NCBI RefSeq assembly: GCF_031769215.1
Contig: NW_026782635.1
Location: forward strand, 62,001 to 126,000
DNA from: Ylistrum balloti
Taxonomy: Eukaryota
Reading direction: 5' to 3'
Length of the DNA: 64,000 nucleotides
Both the position numbers and the translations under genes were made by a program. Positions within the stretch are counted from its first letter, which is position 1. Each line of letters starts with the position of its first letter. The notes under the pieces were generated by a model. The model was not told the DNA's origin. It did not search any database and saw nothing but the letters and a program-made list of their open reading frames with translations. Below, one piece after another: positions 27,891-39,905 of this stretch.

Positions 27891-30800
27891 AAACCTCGTG
27901 TTATCGTCCCTATATGTTTCATGAGTCTAGGTGTTTGCTTCATGGTTTTAAATGTGTAATTGTTAATGGATTCAGTGTGCGTTGGGGCAAGTTTAAATGA
28001 AAAAAGTGTATCTTATTATACTATCCGAACCACTAACCGACGAAGACAGTAGTCCACAAATTCGAATTCGGACATTTTCTATATATATAAAGGATCAAGC
28101 AAAACGTCGTTGCCTTAAATGCCTTCACTTGGATATTTTTTGTCTCATGCGGTTTTGTAAAACAGTGAGATAGACACAGAAAGCAAAGACAGTAAATTGG
28201 AAAAGATTGGTTGATTAAACATTTCATTACCGCGTAATCTTAGGTAGTTTCTAGGGGAATAACATATCTTGGTTAGGTTTATTGTGTCTTCTGTGCTATA
28301 TAGATCATCAGATATTAGTTTGAGGATGTAAAAATGAAATCTGTGTACCTGGGGCCTAAACATCGAGGCTCTAATGAGTAAACTGGTCATTTTTATTTTT
28401 TTTCCATGTCGAGGTAATGTAGGATCAATACCTCTTCTGGCAGGACAAGTGCTCGGATTCTCTGTCGAAATTATAAATTTCATAACCTTGGCGTCCATTG
28501 TTTCACTCTACAATAGATATTTTTACTATTTTTTTTTCTAAAATATAAACACAACATTTCTATTTTCATATCAACGGTAATTTAAAGACAAAAACCCAAA
28601 AGCAAGTAAGAAAGAAGAATATTTTAATTGCAAATATACAACGATGTCTCTGACATCACTCGAGGATAAACAATTGTGATTCTATGTCAAAACAACGATA
28701 ACGGACAAACTATTATGCCATTAACATATGAACATTTAAACAAGTTCCAACTAAGGCCATTCTGAAAATGACGATACAGTGTCTCATTATCAAGGCATTT
28801 ACGAAAATATCTATACGTCAACAATCTCTTATCCAAACTCATATGTGGTTAGGGCATGAGATGAAAAAAAACTATCTACACGAAGAATCATGAAACAATA
28901 CCATGAGAATGAGACCAAACGGTGTGCGAACACATTTGAGAACTTCATGTACCTGAATTGAGTGAATTTTACATACAGGTGTCGATAATAAGGCGATAAG
29001 AGATTCAGCAACCTCTCGTTGATTCCTCTGACAATTTTTCTAAACTTGTCTCCGTTAATCACTTTCGATAATTTGCTCTTTTCAATAGCGTGTGAATTTA
29101 GATAACGTTTTGTTAACTTTTCTGGTATTTCCATCCTGTTTCTGAAATCTGTTTTGTCTTCAGAGACATAGTTAATGAGTGGCAATGAACAGAAGTATTG
29201 ACAAATGCATATCTAAATTTAACCGCAGAAGAAACCGCTTTTACATATATATTGGATGGCACGTAATACTTCAATAAAAATGTTTTATTGATATACAATA
29301 TGTCATTATGGAATTGCATGCACAAAATATAGGAAACTTAGTATGAACGTCAGGATGTCACATACTCTTGTAGATCTTACATATACTGGTGTAATAATGG
29401 AGAATTTATACAACGTGATATGGTAAATATATGACAAATGTCAATAATTAAATAATAGAAAAAGCAAAAGGAATAGTATGATGATCTAAGGTGAATAAAT
29501 GTATCACGTGATATATTATTGATTTTGATGTGCGTTTCAATGGTTATTCAGGTTTAGGGACTACTGATGTCACGCCCATCCTCAGCTTCATAGGGCAATT
29601 TGTATCACACGTTATGTAAACATACAATCGTGACAGGAACGTGATCTACAATTGATGAATGGTATCTATAAAAAGGGCGATTTAATATACAGCTCGAATC
29701 CGAACTAAAATCTGGACGCAGTGAAGTTCATGCTATCACAACTATAAAAATGAATCCTGTGAAATAACATACGAAAGTATTCGATATAAAAAAGATCTTG
29801 TTTTGTATCATTCTGTGAATAGATGTTTCACATATGTCAAAACCTATATCCGAACTGCATTTTATTCACCAATAGCATGCTTCAAGTTATCACTTGACCA
29901 AGCTATGAGCACCATTATCCCCATTCAGTGACAATAAATTGATGCACCAATACAAACACTTCTTAAAGAATGTTTCCATACACATTCATTATAACAAAAT
30001 TGTACACACCGACATAAAATTTTGTTTTATATATACCAATAATTTGTGAAAGTTTTGGTGATTCTATGCACATTATGATATGGTTAATGATAATTTATAT
30101 CGATGACATGGATACAAGGAGCTTTGATATTGTGACGAATTCATCGTCAATGTCGATTCTCGAAGAAAATACGTATAAAAGAGGAATACACTTCAATTAA
30201 CGATTGAAACTGGATTTATTCTTACTGCCTATTCTATAATAAAGTATATATATATCTCGGTCGGAATACATATTCTATATCTGCTTTTGCTGTAATCGGC
30301 ACTAACGAAAAATAAAAGTGTTTTAACACGAAATCTAATTCTGAAGGTACTTAAAACCATGTTCAAAACTATTGAAATAAGCAATTCTATATGTTGTACT
30401 GAACAAATTTAATAATGAGAATTCATAAACTCACTATCATTTCCTTTGAAATTTTTAACTATTTTTTTCGTCGCGAAGTCTTATGTTTGAGTACGTTTTC
30501 AGACATAATCCAGCGTAATGTCAACGTTAGGTAGGCAAAGATAAAACAACAAAACCGTTGAAGGTTTGATTTTCATTAAGTGTTGCAGAATGTCTTTCTT
30601 CACCCTCGTCAACATAAAACCCTGACCACGCTTTCACTTTGTATGCTTAAACAGCTTTCAGATTTGATTTTAGATACAAGTGCGTACATTGATATGAAAC
30701 GAAAACTACAAGTATCATGTCACTTGTGTAGACTACCACCAGCCATTTTGAATAAACATGACGGCATTAAAATGTACATATTACAATAATATATCTTTTT

Positions 30801-31134
30801 TGAATGAATACATGAATAAGTGTTTAGCAATAAATTAAATAGGGAAATCAAGACTACATAGAACCCTAAAGAATAAAACTACAAAAACAAAAACAAAAAA
30901 AAAAAAAACAAAAAACAACTGAAATTAATGAAGCATTTGGAACACTTAATAATATTTATCTGGATTTTTACTAAGATACGCATATCTATGAGCCTTAGTC
31001 TTATAGTAATCATTCTCCAACATCATATCAATATTTGCTTCTTTGTTTAAAATAAATATAGTTATAAACATCAGTGATTGGTTATGATGCAGAATTCTCT
31101 GAAAATGCAACGAGAACGTCATAACCGATGTGAA

Positions 31135-33387
31135 TCAGTCTGGACATGTCTCGTTTAACTCTCTCCTGATAGTACTGTACACTAAGGCGAAAATGTGAAC
31201 CTCGGTCGCTTCACTTCGGGGGACCTGCTTCCACGCCGTATAAAAAGCCCTGAAAGCGTCCTCATATTCCTCCAGGCGTTGGTGACAGTACCCAAGTAGA
31301 TTGAATGCCACAGCCTTATTGGTGATGCCAGGAAGACTGCAGCACCACACCATATCGTCACGTGCCTTCAGCTGTTCTATGTTCTGATCTAACTTCAAAC
31401 AACACCAGAACCGAAGAAAACACGCGTACACGAGAGGATCAACAGCCACCGTATCCCGCATGCCAACAGTAACGTCATTAAGGTCGCTTTGACTTTGACG
31501 CGAGCACAATTCCAATTGTAAAGGCTGTGGCAAAATGTCTCTTTCAAATCGTAGGAACACGATGTCTGACAAAAATGGCACATACGAATCTGACCCATTT
31601 AGAACCGAATTTGCAAACTCCATAATGAAATTTGATAGACCTAATGGATTGTTTGTGGTTAGGATAGAATCAACTGGTAACTGTAAACGACCGTATGGCA
31701 ATTGTTTCATTTGTGAAATAAGCGATCTTAATATTTCGTTGCTGGTAATAATGTTACCAACAACGACGTTCAGGTGACAAATAATGACATGTTCCATTAA
31801 ATCCTCTATCCGACTGAATCTGCACGCTGGCAATATCGTGTCTTTATACCGTGGCTTGCATTCTGAACTTAGATTCGTATTCATCCACAGCAAGCGGTTA
31901 CGAATCAGTTCAATTTCCGTTGTAAGACATCGCACTTCTTGCAGGGGAATGTCATGTTTTGAGGATATATTCTTTATTTCGACACATGTTTTGCCACAAT
32001 ATTCTATAGCTTTTTGTAATGTTTGCTGACATGACAATGGTACTCTAATGAAACTACTCACCTCTTCACACAGTATCTTCATTTGTATTGAAAAGAGGCG
32101 TGTTCCTAACGGTAACACTATGTCCAAGTCTTTAGTATCTAATGCTACCTCCTCCATGTATCGCGACCTAAATTCGTCACTGAATGGCGTTGTTTCACAC
32201 AATAAAACTCGTGTGTTCACTCTAGTGAAAATACATACTTTAAGTACAGTCTGTTTTTCTGTAGCGGTGTACCTCTTCGTCAATAGATTACACGTGCGGA
32301 TGAAATAGTTTGGACAGAAGTCCTCTTGTATACAGGAAATAATCCTGTTTAAACACATCTTGACTGTTTGGAGAAGTCGATTTGGAACCCAGAGGTCGGG
32401 AGGGGATTCCTCTATCACCCAGAAAACGATAGTCTTCAGGATGTAGGACGAAATTATGTCTCCTATTTTGTCCTGAAACACGAAGGTTTTAAGTTGTTTT
32501 AATAATAATAAGCATTTTATTTGAGTTGAGTTGAAGTCCAAAACTAGGGCTTGCTCGACAAGAGCAAACGACAGTCTCCAATCTAGATACTGTCGATCAC
32601 ATTCTTTACATCCGACTGGGACGACGTAGCACCCACAATTTGTATGTTTTGATATGAAATCATTAGATGGCCAGCCATAGGAACGCTTTCGTGTAATCCA
32701 TTCTTCCGCAACCGAGGGCCAAACAGGACAAAAAATAGAAATCACATTATCGACCTTATTCATTACAAAAGTACCTCGATTGTTCATTCCACTTGTCACA
32801 CGAGACAATGCTGGCCCTGTTACGATCTGATTTCTCAGTGCATTTTCTATTTGCATGCTTCGAAAGTACATGTCAAACATATTAATGGGTCCTCCAAAGT
32901 TATTCATAGTGGCAGGAATCGCATTTGATAAATAGTGAGTATTTGTTTCTTCCTCGTATTCAAAAAAGGTAGATATAGAGGTTGAAACTGGAAGTGTAAA
33001 TACCGTTCCTTCTTGAAGAACTTTCAGTTTGACGTAGCCAAGATTGGTTATGCAAGGTTCCATATGAAATTGCCAGCGATCTGCAGGAACATGAATATTA
33101 CTATCTTCATATGCCTCACATTTTGAAAGAACTAGCATCATGTCAATATCACATGAAGTACAATTGTAACTTGAAAATAGCAGAGTTCCTTCTCCCATAC
33201 TCCCTATGAGTCTTCCTTTAATACCTAAAGCAGGCATTCCTGATGTGGTATATTGGATATCAGCAAAGAAATTATACAGCTGACAACAATGTCGGTTATT
33301 CATTAGAGAAAATTCTGAATATCCGGCATCATCAAGAATATTACTGATCGCCAAACTGGCTACCGCGGGATCTTCATCAGTTTCCAT
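31135..33387 (-). CDS. cGLR: cGAS-like receptor (cGLR; Mab-21/cGAS-DncV-like nucleotidyltransferase) with ~370-aa C-terminal helical/TPR-like extension, 750 aa, no introns in the CDS
   Basis: Uninterrupted ORF. NTase motif LIGSMGEG...SCDIDMMLV and third acidic residue in KVDNVISI; Mab-21 motifs WPSVAEEWITRKRSYGWP, YVVPVG, WRLSFALVEQ, LLLLKQLK, SSYILKTIVFW, CPNYFIRTCNLL; TPR-like AVAFNLLGYCHQRLEEYEDAFRAFYTAW. The ORF-track start (33414) is TTG; first ATG is at 33387, just after a good acceptor (ttccatttctttgaag, exon edge 33395). Confidence 0.92.
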   Translation of the reverse strand: METDEDPAVASLAISNILDDAGYSEFSLMNNRHCCQLYNFFADIQYTTSGMPALGIKGRLIGSMGEGTLLFSSYNCTSCDIDMMLVLSKCEAYEDSNIHVPADRWQFHMEPCITNLGYVKLKVLQEGTVFTLPVSTSISTFFEYEEETNTHYLSNAIPATMNNFGGPINMFDMYFRSMQIENALRNQIVTGPALSRVTSGMNNRGTFVMNKVDNVISIFCPVWPSVAEEWITRKRSYGWPSNDFISKHTNCGCYVVPVGCKECDRQYLDWRLSFALVEQALVLDFNSTQIKCLLLLKQLKTFVFQDKIGDIISSYILKTIVFWVIEESPPDLWVPNRLLQTVKMCLNRIISCIQEDFCPNYFIRTCNLLTKRYTATEKQTVLKVCIFTRVNTRVLLCETTPFSDEFRSRYMEEVALDTKDLDIVLPLGTRLFSIQMKILCEEVSSFIRVPLSCQQTLQKAIEYCGKTCVEIKNISSKHDIPLQEVRCLTTEIELIRNRLLWMNTNLSSECKPRYKDTILPACRFSRIEDLMEHVIICHLNVVVGNIITSNEILRSLISQMKQLPYGRLQLPVDSILTTNNPLGLSNFIMEFANSVLNGSDSYVPFLSDIVFLRFERDILPQPLQLELCSRQSQSDLNDVTVGMRDTVAVDPLVYACFLRFWCCLKLDQNIEQLKARDDMVWCCSLPGITNKAVAFNLLGYCHQRLEEYEDAFRAFYTAWKQVPRSEATEVHIFALVYSTIRRELNETCPD

Positions 33388-35427
33388 GTTGATGTCTTCA
33401 AAGAAATGGAACAATGTATTAATTTTTAATCACGCTATACCGTCGAATATTGTTAATTAAGATAATTCATTATGAATATCTTAATATCATATATTCGTAT
33501 ACAGATAATATTTTTTATTGATTAAAACAGCGACCGATTCCATGAAATCAATATATAGGGGTATAGAGGTGTAAGAAAACATGGAAATTCATTATTTCAT
33601 CTAGAATCTATTCGAATGATTGCTAGATAACAGTTATGTCGATCAATTTAAAGATATTTCTAGAAATATGTTTATCAGTCTCTAGGAAACTGGGATGTAA
33701 TGTAATTAAAACCATTGTTTACAAGCCCATCGAAAGCCAAAACAAAGCGGCGATATGATGACTTTTATTATCATTATGTGTTTTGTTCCTAAATCTTTAT
33801 TGTTTTTAAACACATTGTGTTGTACTATAAAGGTCTATTCCTTAAGCTTTACATAACTGACAGGTCGTAGCATTACTATGGAATGCGTGTGATATTAACT
33901 TTTTAATTGCCGTTGTATATCACTTAAAATACTCAGTTGTTTACCAAAATGATCGACCCAACCACAATATTTATTGGTCCCATTTCTAAGGCATTTGTTT
34001 ACAGTATTTCCTGAGCCTAAGTCAGTATTGCGTAAGTTGATAACCGAATATGAAAGTTGAGATCACTATAAACACAAAGACATCATGCTGGCTTAATTTA
34101 GTTATACATGTAAAACGTCCTTTTAACAAACAAGGTAAATCTCTATAAATGGGATAACTGAGTGACAACTTGATACTGTCATCTTACCGAAATGCCATAC
34201 ATTGCATACGATGAATCACATGCAAATACTCTTCCTGAGCAGGAATAAGCGAGAATGGCGTGTCCTTATTCAGCATTCAATTTTACCGTTACTACTTAAC
34301 ACCGAGCAGGACCATATAACTTCTATAAGACACGGTGAAAATTCCTTGTTGTTCCTCCAAAGTGAATATTATATTATAAACAGATTAAACATACAATCAA
34401 CATGCAGGTAAGAATAATTGAGATTAGTTATTGTACAATCGAAAAGATATCGATTGGTAAACAAAGTGATTTGTATTTTTGCTACTATTTGATGCAATTC
34501 TAATGCAAACTATTAAATATCTTCACTTGCAAATGCATTCTTTAGTGTTCTTCTCAATAAGGTACTTGTGAAATCTAAGTCCAGCTACATAAATCTACAT
34601 TTCATTTTACAGTACATTTACAAATTGGTCATCTCGCATTCAAATATATGTCGAAAACTACGCATGATAGAAGCTTTTTGAAATATACAATCTAAAATGA
34701 TTTTAAGTTAAATCTGTTTAGACGGCGGATAATATGTTTGTTTTATGCATATATTGGATATGAGATAATAAATTCTGTAGAGTTCTTTCGATTTCGTCTC
34801 GTATCTAAAATAAATTCCATTATCAAATCTCCAGTATATGCATAAAACAAGCAAGCCATCCCCTAATTAGTAATGATATAGTGAAAACGATAATACACAG
34901 TCTTTGTCAAAAGGATGATAGATTTTTTAAACATTATTCGTTATGATTAAGAACTAATTAAGTGATACTAAAAACTATAGTAACATTAACTTTTCCGTTC
35001 ATTTATTGATTTGATTGAGGTAAAGAAGCAGTATTTGACATAACCAATAACATTCTCTCACCGTACCGACTACTAGTCTGTTTTATAATTCGGCAAGTTT
35101 GCCTTTAATTCTATGGCAAATACACCTATATATCATATAGGGGAATTGGGTGACTGTGGAACAATGGACACCTAAAAACCGTTGAATGAATAGTATATCT
35201 TTTAGTAAATCTACCCATGGATACAGATATTAAATGTATAAAACTCGATTTTGCGTTGATCCAGGTGTGCCACGCTAAAAATATTAAATGGTATATATAT
35301 TATGGGATTATGTGAAATTTATTTATCAGTTCGTAGGATATTCTCAATATAACTAATATAGTTTCACAAATGTTTCTGATTGGCATTTTAATCACTAGAA
35401 GCATAATGACGTTTTAATTACTTATTC

Positions 35428-37850
35428 CACATTACATGTTAGCTTCACTCCGTACCCACATTGCTTCTCACTATTTTTTATTTTACATTTATATGTACCC
35501 ACATTACATGTTAGTCTTCATAAGTCCATTCGACATACACTGTTATCACTTTAAAAAAATATAAAATCAAAATGATCCACATTTTCATACCCACATTACA
35601 TGTTTTTTTCACATTACACTTCACGTTCCACATTACATGTTAGCTTCACGCTTACCCCACATTACATGTTAACTTCACTCCGTATCCACATTACATGTTA
35701 ACTTCACTCCGTACCCACATTACATGTTAACTTCACTCCGTACCCACATTACATGTTAGCTTCACTCCGTATCCACATTACATGTTAACTTCACTCCGTA
35801 CCCACATTACATGTTAACTTCACTCCGTACCCACATTACATGTTAGCTTCACTCCGTACCCACATTACATGTTAGCTTCACTCCGTACCCACATTACATG
35901 TTAGCTTCACTCCGTACCCACATTACATGTTAGCTTCACTCCGTACCCACATTACATGTTAGCTTCACTCCGTACCCACATTACATGTAAACGTCACCCG
36001 GTATCCACATTACATGTTAGCTTCACTCCGTACCCACATTACATGTTAGCTTCACTCCGTACCCACATTACATGTTAGCTTCACTCCGTACCCACATTAC
36101 ATGTTAGCTTCACTCCGTACCCACATTACATGTTAGCTTCACTCCGTACCCACATTACATGTTAGCTTCACTCCGTACCCACATTACATGTTAGCTTCAC
36201 TCCGTACCCACATTACATGTTAGCTTCACTCCGTACCCACATTACATGTTAGCTTCACTCCGTACCCACATTACATGTTAGCTTCACTCCGTACCCACAT
36301 TACATGTTAGCTTCACTCCGTACCCACATTACATGTTAGCTTCACTCCGTACTCACATTACATGTTAGCTTCACTCCGTACCCACATTACATGTTAGCTT
36401 CACTCCGTATCCACATTACATGTTAGCTTCACTCCGTCTTCACTCCGTACCCACATTACATGTTAGCTTCACTCCGTACCCACATTACATGTTAGCTTCA
36501 CTCCGTACCCACATTACATGTTAGCTTCACTCCGTACCCACATTACATGTTAGCTTCACTCCGTACCCACATTGCATGTTAGCTTTACTCCGTACCCACA
36601 TTACATGTTAGCTTCACTCCGTACCCACATTACATGTTAGCTTCACTCCGTACCCACATTACATGTTAGCTTCACTCCGTACCCACATTACATGTTAGCT
36701 TCACTCCGTACCCACATTACATGTTAGCTTCACTCCGTACCCACATTACATGTTAGCTTCACTCCGTATCCACATTACATGTTAGCTTCACTCCGTACCC
36801 ACATTACATGTTAGCTTCACTCCGTACCCACATTACATGTAAACGTCACCCGGTATCCACATTACATGTTAACTTCACTCCGTATCCACATTACATGTTA
36901 ACTTCACTCCGTATCCACATTACATGTTAGCTTCACTCCGTACCCACATTACATGTTAGCTTCACTCCGTACCCACATTACATGTTAGCTTCACTCCGTA
37001 CCCACATTACATGTTAGCTTCACTCCGTACCCACATTACATGTTAGCTTCACATGTTAGCTTCACTCCGTACCCACATTACATGTTAGCTTCACTCCGTA
37101 CCCACATTACATGTTAGCTTCACTCCGTACCCACATTACATGTTAGCTTCACTCCGTACCCACATTACATGTTAGCTTCACTCCGTACCCACATTACATG
37201 TTAGCTTCACTCCGTACCCACATTACATGTTAGCTTCACTCCGTACCCACATTACATGTTAGCTTCACTCCGTACCCACATTACATGTTAGCTTCACTCC
37301 GTACCCACATTACATGTTAGCTTCACTCCGTACCCACATTACATGTTAACTTCACTCCGTACCCACATTACATGTTAGCTTCACTCCGTACCCACATTAC
37401 ATGTTAGCTTCACTCCGTACCCACATTACATGTTAGCTTCACTCCGTACCCACATTACATGTTAGCTTCACTCCGTATCCACATTACATGTTAGCTTCAC
37501 TCCGTACCCACATTACATGTTAGCTTCACTCCGTACCCACATTACATGTTAGCTTCACTCCGTACCCACATTACATGTTATCTTCACTCCGTACCCACAT
37601 TACATGTTAGCTTCACTCCGTACCCACATTACATGTTAACTTCACTCCGTATCCACATTACATGTTAACTTCACTCCGTATCCACATTACATGTTAACTT
37701 CACCTACTATCCACATTACATGTCTACGCTCATTTCACCTGCTATCCACATTACATGTCTACGTTCATTTCACCTGCTATCCACACATTACATGTTAGCT
37801 TCACTTTGTATCCACATTACATGTTAGCTTCACTTACCCGGTTTCCACAG
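35428..37850. repeat. ~2.4-kb homogeneous 29-bp satellite
   Basis: Unit gttagcttcactccgtacccacattacat, nearly invariant in the centre and degenerate at both edges. Confidence 0.97.
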
Positions 37851-38809
37851 GTAAAACACACCTCAGGGTAAGTCGGCTGCACAGTTTGTGTATATAAGTC
37901 ATACACATTCCAAGTGTTAAATGATACGATAAGTGGAGTAGATTTCTGATGATAAACCCCTGTTGGGAACTATATCTGCTAAATATAAATGAATGAATAT
38001 TGTATTTCACAAATTGACAGTTCGTATTCTCATTAAACTGAGAGCACTCAGTGTATTCAATGACCTTTAACGTTCAATAGTCTGATAAATGATGGTTATC
38101 GCATGAAAACTTGTTTCAACGCTTTGTTGAAAAACTTCTGCCTTGATATTGAACAATGTAATGCAATGTGTTAAATAGAATGCGTACTCCGTTGAAATAC
38201 CCTGATTCAAAATAATACACTTTACAATAAAATAGAAGATACATTCCAAATCACACTACTGGTTTTGTTTGTAGAATAAATCTGAAAAAGAATCTTTCTT
38301 TTATCGAATATCATTAAATATCAGTGAATAACACTAAAGCATCTTTGTCAATCATTTCTGAAAAGAAGACGATTCTAAGTTGTGTAATTTGTTGCAGTTT
38401 TGAAAAACAAAATTACCACGAGATTGACACAGAAAGCAAAAAATTAAAGAGTAAGTTGTCTACTTTTTTCTTTGAATTGATATGAAGACTCCAGTTTGTT
38501 GACAGTTATTTACCATCGGATAGGACCGTTTTATATCATTTTGTATCTCGATGTTGGTTGTTGAATTGACCCCTTATCGCTTAGAAAATATATTAGAAGT
38601 GCTAAAGAACTGATTCCTCTATTTTATATTCTCATTTTATATTTCTTCTCCGCCGACATAAATTATATTTCTTTTTACCTGTTTAAGTGTTGAGTAATTT
38701 ATTTTAAATTTGAATAAGTTTTTCCAGCCGCTATCCTTGGAAATATTCCACTACAACGTACCGTATATAATACTTTCCACATCCGTTTTTCACAACATTT
38801 CATTGTTCA

Positions 38810-39120
38810 TCAAGAATGTATTGTACATTACGGTCAACTGACTTTGATATTGCTGTTATCACGCTGTATAAAAAGCCCTGAAAGCGTCCTTGTATACCTC
38901 TAAGTATATTCACGAAATGCACAACTCTATTCAGATTCAAAATGACATTTGCCGTGTGACTGCGAGCTGTAATTAGTAACCTATAGCGGTTAGTGGTGAC
39001 GTTAAACTGGAAGCCTGCTGAACTCGGATTGTCCGTAACACATGAACCCACATATATCCTGCATTCGTATCAAGGAGAACGCTAAATATGTCGCTGATTG
39101 GTCCCCATTAGGATTCTCTT
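38810..39120 (-). pseudogene. Second, more decayed cGLR C-terminal remnant
   Basis: cacgctgtataaaaagccctgaaagcgtccttgtatacctctaag (~38860-38905) matches cacgccgtataaaaagccctgaaagcgtcctcatattcctccagg (~31231-31277); reads LEVYKDAFRAFYTA* with Trp replaced by TGA. Upstream similarity (..SRLPV) is weak. Confidence 0.65.
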
Positions 39121-39379
39121 TTCACATACGTGTTGGTGACAAAATACCATCTGTTAAATCACAACTTATTTTGTTCTGTTCTGTATACTAGTACCTATAT
39201 ACAGAGATAAGTCAAACAAAAATCATGTCTTCCGATTGGGCTACACATACATAACTTGATTTTGAAGTAGTTCCGCCGATATATATATTTTACTGGGCAG
39301 ATGAACTTAAGTATTAACGGTCATTCGATAATGTGCCTGATAATAAGACCAATATGTCGTCTCAGTATCGTTTGCCTCT

Positions 39380-39482
39380 CTGCCTCCCCCACCTCTCTCT
39401 CTTTCTCTCTCTGTCTATCTGTCAGCCGTCCGTCTGTCCGGCCGTCCGTCCGGCCGTCCGTCTGTCTGTCTGTCTGTCTGTT
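39380..39482. repeat. Compound (CT)n/(CCGT)n/(CTGT)n microsatellite
   Basis: Read directly; explains the VRPSVRPS and RQTDGRTD ORFs. Confidence 0.9.
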
Positions 39483-39829
39483 TAGTACGGCGCCCAATTC
39501 ACAACTGACATGTGATTCATTCGAATGCAATTTACTTAGTCCCATTTAATTTGTCATACTTAAGACCCCATTGAGGAAGTCACTTAACAATTCCTGAAAT
39601 GTTATATGATCAGTTTGATTCATTATTCGGTATACATCAATTTATTAAGTTCACATTAAAAATGTCATTCACTTCTGTGTCTAGGTTCAATTCCTAATGC
39701 TCGGAAAGAAATCTTAGACAATATGTAGTTCATAGCATGTTCTAGTGTTTAAAAAAATCTGTTTCTATTCATCCTAACATAATTCTCATGAACTTTCAAG
39801 GGAGGAGGACTTAATAAGAGACTGAAAAG

Positions 39830-39905
39830 ACACAAGGAAAATGCGACCAGACGCTCTCGAAGGATAAGCGTCCTCAAATTCGTCGACGACACCCATCCAA
39901 GTAAG
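39830..39905 (-). mobile_element. Penelope-like 3' segment fragment, reverse orientation
   Basis: Reverse complement reads ggatgggtgtcgtcgacgaatttgaggacgcttatccttcgagagcgtctggtc, matching the family segment. Confidence 0.55.

Noticed and set aside
31395-32308. Short ORFs overlapping the cGLR in other frames or antisense
   Set aside because: Shadows of the long cGLR coding sequence.
20186-33387. Functional coupling of otopetrin and cGLR as an operon-like system
   Set aside because: Eukaryotic, convergently oriented genes about 11 kb apart; adjacency alone is not evidence of a shared pathway.
33388-33414. ORF-track N-terminus MFHFFEDIN of the cGLR
   Set aside because: Starts at TTG and overlaps a polypyrimidine tract/AG acceptor; probably intronic.
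35428-37850. CRISPR-like appearance of this and the other regular arrays (50156-50759, 52187-52321, 62191-62810)
   Set aside because: Units are head-to-tail with no unique spacers, there are no cas genes, and the DNA is eukaryotic.
39195-39245. Minus-strand SEDMIFV resembling the cGLR DIDMMLV motif near the third remnant
   Set aside because: Seven residues, flanked by stops and lacking the GS motif; indistinguishable from chance.
39301-39549. ORFs with VRPSVRPS / RQTDGRTD repeats
   Set aside because: Microsatellite translations.
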